Assembly (NCBI GenBank): GCA_030704615.1
Contig: CM060733.1
Location: 43,028,001 to 43,092,000 of the forward strand
Length of the DNA: 64,000 nucleotides
Direction: 5' to 3'
DNA from: Takakia lepidozioides
Lineage: Eukaryota > Plantae > Bryophyta
Part shown: piece by piece, positions 61,860-64,000 of the stretch
Layout: each line of letters begins with the position of its first letter
Numbering within the stretch: the stretch's first letter is position 1
Made by a program: the position numbers and the translations under genes
The notes under the pieces: model-generated
Seen by the model: the letters and a program-made list of their open reading frames with translations, nothing else
What the model was told of the DNA's origin: nothing
Database searches by the model: none

Positions 61860-62726
61860 TAATTCTATGGAAAGCGTGTCCCAATAACATCGGATAGTGG
61901 GAACTTCCATTTATGATTCAGAGGAGTTTCTATGCAGGTTGACCATTAGGCATAGAACAAGCCTTGTAGGAGTTCTCATATCTTCACATTAGGGGCACAC
62001 GCTTGGTAAGGCTAGGCTATCTTCATCTGGTTGTGACAAGGGCTGCATGGTGAATATACGGCATCTTGTCTTCAATGGCTTAGAGTAATAACGATTCGCT
62101 GTGCGTAGTGAATAAGCAGTTTACCATTGCTATCAGTAGGTTCTTCTTCATTTTTGCAGGGCATCACGGTTGTCCGCTTTTATATGAAAGGTGCTTGTGG
62201 GTGGTGTAGCCTTCCGTGGTTGAAGCTATTGCTCTCAGCTACTCCATTGCTGGTTTGCACAGAAAAATTCAAGGTCACCAATCTTCAGTTATAAGCGTAG
62301 AAAAGAGGCTCTGTGGATTGAGGGTTGGTCGAACCGACCGACATGCTATAACATAGCGGCGGGCACAATCTGGTGATGGTTCTAATATCAGTGAACGCAT
62401 TGGGAGTCCAGGCCGTGAATACAATGGGTATTATTTTCATGATCATTTAAGCTAATTCCTACTCAAGGAGATAGAATTGCTACTATATTTGAGAATAAGT
62501 ACTGTAGGAGCTTGGGATCATGTTTCAGTATAAAGTAAGTTTTGGATGTCCGAGTGATACAGGATCGCAGGGTCGAATCATGCACAATTGTTTGAATCAG
62601 GCCCATCTTCTGTGACCACTTCTTGAAAGAAGACCAGGAGATGGGGGCAACACGAACTTTTTTGGCACGAGTGGGGATGTGAGGATAGTATGTAAGGGTT
62701 GACAACTGAACAAGGCACTGTACATT

Positions 62727-64000
62727 TTGAGCCAACAAGGGATTTTGGCAGAGTCCAATGCTTACATCAGTCTCTTGCAGGAGTGCATCAAGATGAAAGG
62801 TCTAACAGAGGGAAAGCAGGTGCATGCCAACATTGTCCGAAGTGGCTTCCAGCCAAACATCTTTCTGCTGAACACCCTTGTCAACATGTATGCAAAGTGC
62901 GGGAGCATGAGGGATGCACGCCATGTATTTGACAAAATGGCTGAACGAGATATGTTTACTTGGAATATAACGATAGCAGGATATGCCAAGCACAGGTGCA
63001 GTAGGGAGGCTTTTGAGATCTTTGAGCAAATGCAACGGGAAAGGGGTGATGCCAGACAAGGTCACATTCATTTGTGTTGTCAACGCATGTGCCAACCTAA
63101 CAACCCTGGATAAGGCCAAAGAGGTCCATGCTCACATCATCAAAGCTCAGATTGTGCCAGATTTTATTCTGCAAGTGTTCAATAATATGGTTCAACGAAA
63201 TGTAGTCTCATGGAATGCAATGATCACAGGGTATGCTCAGCATGGGTGTGGTAGAGAGGCTTTGGAGATCTATGAGGAAATGATACAGGAAGGGGTGATG
63301 CGGACAGGGTCACATTTATTTGCATTCTCAATGCATGTGCCAGCCTGGCAGCCCTGGAAAAGGGAAAATGGTCCATGCTGACATCATCAAAGCTGGGATT
63401 GGACCAGATATCATTCTGGAGACTGCCTTGGCGAACATGTATGCCAAATGTGGGAGCTTGAAGACTGCACGGAAAATGTTTGACAAAATGGCTCAAAGAG
63501 ATGTGGTCTCAGGATATGCCCAGCATGGGTCTGGTAAGGCTGCACTTTGGAGATGTATGAGCAAATGAGATGGGAAGGGGTGAAGCCTGACAGAGTCACA
63601 TACATTTGTGCTCTCAATGCATGTGCCAGTCTGGCAGCCCAAAGAGGTTCATGCTGGTGTTGATAAGGCCAGAATTCTTCCAGATATTATTCTGGAGAGC
63701 GCCCTTGTTGACATGTATGCCAAATGTGGGAGTATGAATGATGCACGCCAAAGTATTTAACAGTATGGCTCAGCGAAATGTGGTGTCAGGGAGTGCAATG
63801 ATAGCAAAAATGCTCAACATGGATATGGTAGGGAGGCATTTGAGATCTATGAGCAAATGATATGGGAAGGGGTGATGCCTGATAGGGTCACATTCACTTG
63901 CATTTCTCAATGTGTGCCAGTCTGGGAGACCTGGAAAAGGGCAAAGAGGTGCATGTTGACATCATGAAAGCTGGAATTGGGCTAGATTCCATTCTAGAGA
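62727..64000 (+). pseudogene. PLS-class PPR gene, frameshifted (runs off window end)
   Basis: Repeated 'GKQVHA', 'NMYAKCGS..ARHVFDKM', 'SWNAMITGYAQHG..EAL' and 'PDKVTF..NAC' motifs spread across three frames with deletions and stops. Confidence 0.85.

Larger units (their letters stand above)
55400..61860 (-). mobile_element. Large unclassified GC-rich element with decayed minus-strand coding region and subterminal tandem repeats
   Basis: Chain of minus-strand ORFs from 59126 to 55885 broken by stops and frameshifts, without recognisable host motifs. GGGGATC/CACGTGG-rich repeats at 60400-61812. Boundaries are approximate. Confidence 0.45.

Noticed and set aside
59359-61910. Numerous overlapping Gly/Arg/Pro-rich ORFs
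   Set aside because: These are artefacts of GC-rich repeats lacking stop codons.
1-64000. CRISPR arrays, tRNA or rRNA genes, prokaryotic operons
   Set aside because: None seen; the window is intron-containing plant nuclear DNA.

Overview
Eukaryotic nuclear DNA from a seed-free land plant, probably bryophyte-like. This rests on spliceosomal introns, PLS-type PPR repeats and a ciliary ARL13 gene, which implies flagellated sperm. Six apparently intact multi-exon genes could be assembled by hand: a clade-I MLO (+, 10893-21932), an atypical NB-ARC-LRR immune receptor (+, 26639-32671), ARL13B-like GTPase (-, 33592-36426), ETHE1/GLX2-3 persulfide dioxygenase (-, 36771-43487), a PMT/DUF248 methyltransferase (+, 45393-50798) and fibrillin FBN6 (+, 52089-54806). 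The window also holds RLK and PPR pseudogenes. Mobile DNA includes MITEs with 8-bp TSDs (one nested, one carrying a PPR fragment), L1-like and RLE-type LINE remnants, Ty3/gypsy integrase fragments, a poly(A)-less retroposon family with 15-bp TSDs, and a large GC-rich unclassified element at 55.4-61.9 kb. The most notable item is the singleton NLR. It has a Ser/Pro-rich disordered leader plus a helical MLKL/Cbl-N-like N-terminal domain and an intact P-loop, but Walker B and the sensor Arg are degenerate and the MHD motif reads MHE. All gene models are manual; no database searches were run.
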